Under the pieces are notes generated by a model that was not told where the DNA came from, searched no databases, and saw only the letters and a list, made by a program, of their open reading frames with translations. A DNA stretch of 64,000 nt, from the NCBI RefSeq assembly GCF_009834535.1, contig NC_045707.1:53322001-53386000 (forward strand). The letters are read 5' to 3'. Numbering within the stretch: the stretch's first letter is position 1; every line of letters starts with the position of its first letter. The position numbers were made by a program, and so were the translations under genes. Shown in pieces: positions 61,424 to 64,000 of the stretch. The stretch comes from Camelus ferus. Its lineage: Eukaryota.

Positions 61424-64000
61424 GTACGTAGGAGGCTCACAGGAGCTTCATTCTGCTGGAAAATTTGAGGAGGGGGTCTCAGGGGCACAAATCTCAAGTG
61501 TCCTTTTGGCCCAGGTCTTGAGCAATCCACAGAGGGGTCATTGTAGTCATGAGCTTCTGCTAGTGTGGAGGTGTCCTGACTCACCACATAGCCTGTCCTG
61601 GCAGCTGGAATGGATGAGACCTTCACAGATATTTACATACCTTGTGCAGCGAGAGGACTGTGTGGTTACCTTGGCACCTCTGGATGCCCCCATGAGCGAC
61701 TGTGGGTCAGCTGCATCTGTGTGCCAGGCACTAAGGGGTCTCCCAGTTAGGCAGTGCCCCCAGGACAGAGCTGGTAACAAGACACAAAGTCCCTTTATGA
61801 AATGCTTTGAGGCTGGAAGGAGTGATGGCTGTTCACCGTCCTGGAACTTTGCCAGCAGCCAGACTGACCGGACGTGAGGAGAGGACGCTGCAGCTGTCCT
61901 TACTCTTTCTGCAGAGAATGTCACCGGAGTACTCAAGCATGGAGCCAAAAATGTAAATGCAGTTTGTTACTGATGATACGGGGGCTGAACTCTCGTCCAG
62001 GCCATGGGGACCCTCAGGGGATTCTGAATAAGAGGGCAACATTTTCCCGCACATCACTGGGCACCATCAGGAGGAAGAGCTGGCTTGGGGACTGGGGAGG
62101 TGTTGCCGTCCAGCTGAAAGATGGCAGTAGGCCTGGACACAGTAATGGGGTCACAGAATTGGGGCAAAATAATGAAATATCAGGAGGCACATGGGCTGGG
62201 ACGTGGAGGTGGGCTGGTGGAGGTGTTCGGAGGAGCAGGGGCCAAATTTGCAGTTTGCAGGTGTCTGGACTGGCTGCCCTGGAGAATGACAAGGCACCCC
62301 CTGCCCAAGAGGAAACAGAGGGGCTGGTTCTTGGGGAAGGCAGTGGCTTGTGGCTTTGAGAGGTGTTGTGGGCTCTAGTCCACTGTGGCCCTAGCTCATT
62401 TGGCTCCTTATGTGGAGCTCCCGTCCGTGTGCAAATCCCACCTCACCACAGTGGAGGCAGACATGCTGGCCCACCACCTGGCCTGGACTCTGGACTGACT
62501 CTGGAATGTGACTTCCATTCAGAAGACGAAACATGAGAGGCCCATGGATCCCTTTCAGGGGTGAAGGTGGTGATAAAAGCATCCAGCTGTTCAGGGGAGG
62601 AGGCTGGCCTTCAGGGGCCCAGTGCCCTGGCATTAGTGGGAGTTGGGTGGCCTCCTGGTGCCTGCGTCCAGCCTCGTGCTGAGTGCTGTCCCCTCCAGCA
62701 GTGGTGGGGTCTGTTCCACGGAATCCTCAGGGGAGGGCTTGGCACTGGCCTGGTGTAGGGCCTCCAAAGCGGACCTGCCGGCACAGGGACTCTGCGCGCC
62801 TGCAGTCTTTGTGTTCAGATTGTGTACGTAGACTTGCGTTAGGGAAAGGTCTGCTTTTGTAGCTGTGGCCTGTGGGGCCGTGGGAAGAAGCAGGAGTCTC
62901 TGTACTGAAAGAGTCTGCGGCAACCAGACCTCTTGCCCCAACCGCGACCTTCCAGCCAGCTGTGCCTTAGAGCATCTGAGGGTGTTCACTGGCAGTCTCT
63001 GGCTAGGGGTGCAGCCACTGGGTACCTGGTGACCACAGGACCCCACACAGAGCCCCCAGCTGCTGTACTGTGACCAGGTCCGAAGGACACCAGGGTACTG
63101 ATCTCCTTGGCCCTCGGAGCACCTGGGCAGCTGAAGGCCCAGGCCAGGCCTGCTTATAAACTTCCTGTCCATTTACCCCAGGCTGCCATGAACGTCTCTG
63201 TGCTCCACGATGGAGAGGTCAGCGGGCTTGCCCCTCACAGTGTGCACGCCCAGCACGGCCGCCCTGGGCCTGCACCAGATGCCCTGCAATGGCCTTTCCG
63301 TGCTGTGCCAGGCTGGCGACGCCCCCAGTTCAAAGACAAAACATGACCTGCCTGTCTCATCCGTGGCCTGGAGTAACAGCAGGATCAAAGAACTGGCACG
63401 GCCAGGACAGAACGGCATTGCATCTCTGTCCTCAATCACCATGGTAACCACCACAGGGAGACAGGCGTGCTCCCCCATCTATTTAATGTCATGTGTGGGA
63501 AGAGTGAGGCGCAGGAGGGTGTGACGGCTTCCCCAGCACTTTCCAGCCCTGGCTTGTCCCCACATTATTGCTGCTGCAGCCAGGCTACCAGATGTCCCCT
63601 GTCACATCAGTAAATTAAACTCATGGAGTTACCCCGGCATCTTCCTCTTCATTGTGCTTCTCGAGAGAGAACATACTGCTGACAGCACAGGTCATGGACT
63701 GCTCCCGGCAGTGATTGCCCATCTCTGCAGACCCCAAGCCAGGCCCCTGAGAGGCCTTCGTCAGTGTTCTCAGCCGAGCTGAGATCAGGCAGTTGGACGA
63801 AGGCATCCACCCCGTGGCCAAGAGCCCTGAACAGCCATTGGTTCCTCTGCACAGAGCCCTGGAGGAGAGCTGCGTATGCTACTCTGCCAGGGTCTGGAGA
63901 TGCAGAGAACCGGCGACCTGTTTCTGCCCCACCTCAGAGAAAAGGACAAGGGAGCAATGCTTATGGTGGAAGTGGGAAAGCCCTGTGGTAGAGGCCTGCA

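Noticed and set aside
3780..61585. About a dozen AP-1 heptamers (TGA[C/G]TCA) across the window
   Set aside because: About 8 are expected by chance in 64 kb, so the excess is not convincing without conservation data.
121..63991. Hundreds of 60-270 aa ORFs on both strands
   Set aside because: They are Pro/Gly/Arg/Ala-rich, overlap in several frames, often lack an ATG and show no recognisable domains. This is expected from stop-poor GC-rich intronic DNA. Only those overlapping SH3RF3 exons or L1 ORF2 are meaningful.
61424..64000. Possible SH3RF3 exon 8 within the window end
   Set aside because: No reading frame resembles the expected continuation; the next exon must lie beyond the window.

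Overview
Mammalian, mostly GC-rich genomic DNA. It is tentatively camelid/cetartiodactyl, judged from one young LINE tail and the lack of recognisable Alu, B1, Bov-tA, PRE-1 or Can-SINE copies. The window lies inside the SH3RF3 (POSH2) gene on the + strand. It holds ~23.9 kb of the intron before exon 2 and six internal coding exons (orthologous to exons 2-7: 23864-24118, 37263-37358, 41643-41996, 49874-49950, 59245-59415, 61200-61423). These splice by canonical AG/GT sites into one open frame of 1177 nt encoding SH3-1, SH3-2, the Rac-binding region, SH3-3 and part of the following linker. The RING-encoding first exon and the 3' exons lie outside the window. Introns carry two long antisense L1 relics, nested L1 pieces, two solo LTRs (one with a regular CCAAT array), MaLR/MIR/L2 fragments, simple repeats and a CpG island over exon 6. 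The most notable observation is that SH3-1 looks structurally broken (ALYxY motif lost, ~7-residue deletion) while the frame and the other SH3 domains are intact. Nearly all ORFs in the supplied track are GC-rich noise. I found no convincing novel multi-gene system. Exon numbering, repeat subfamily names and human comparisons are from memory, not from a search.
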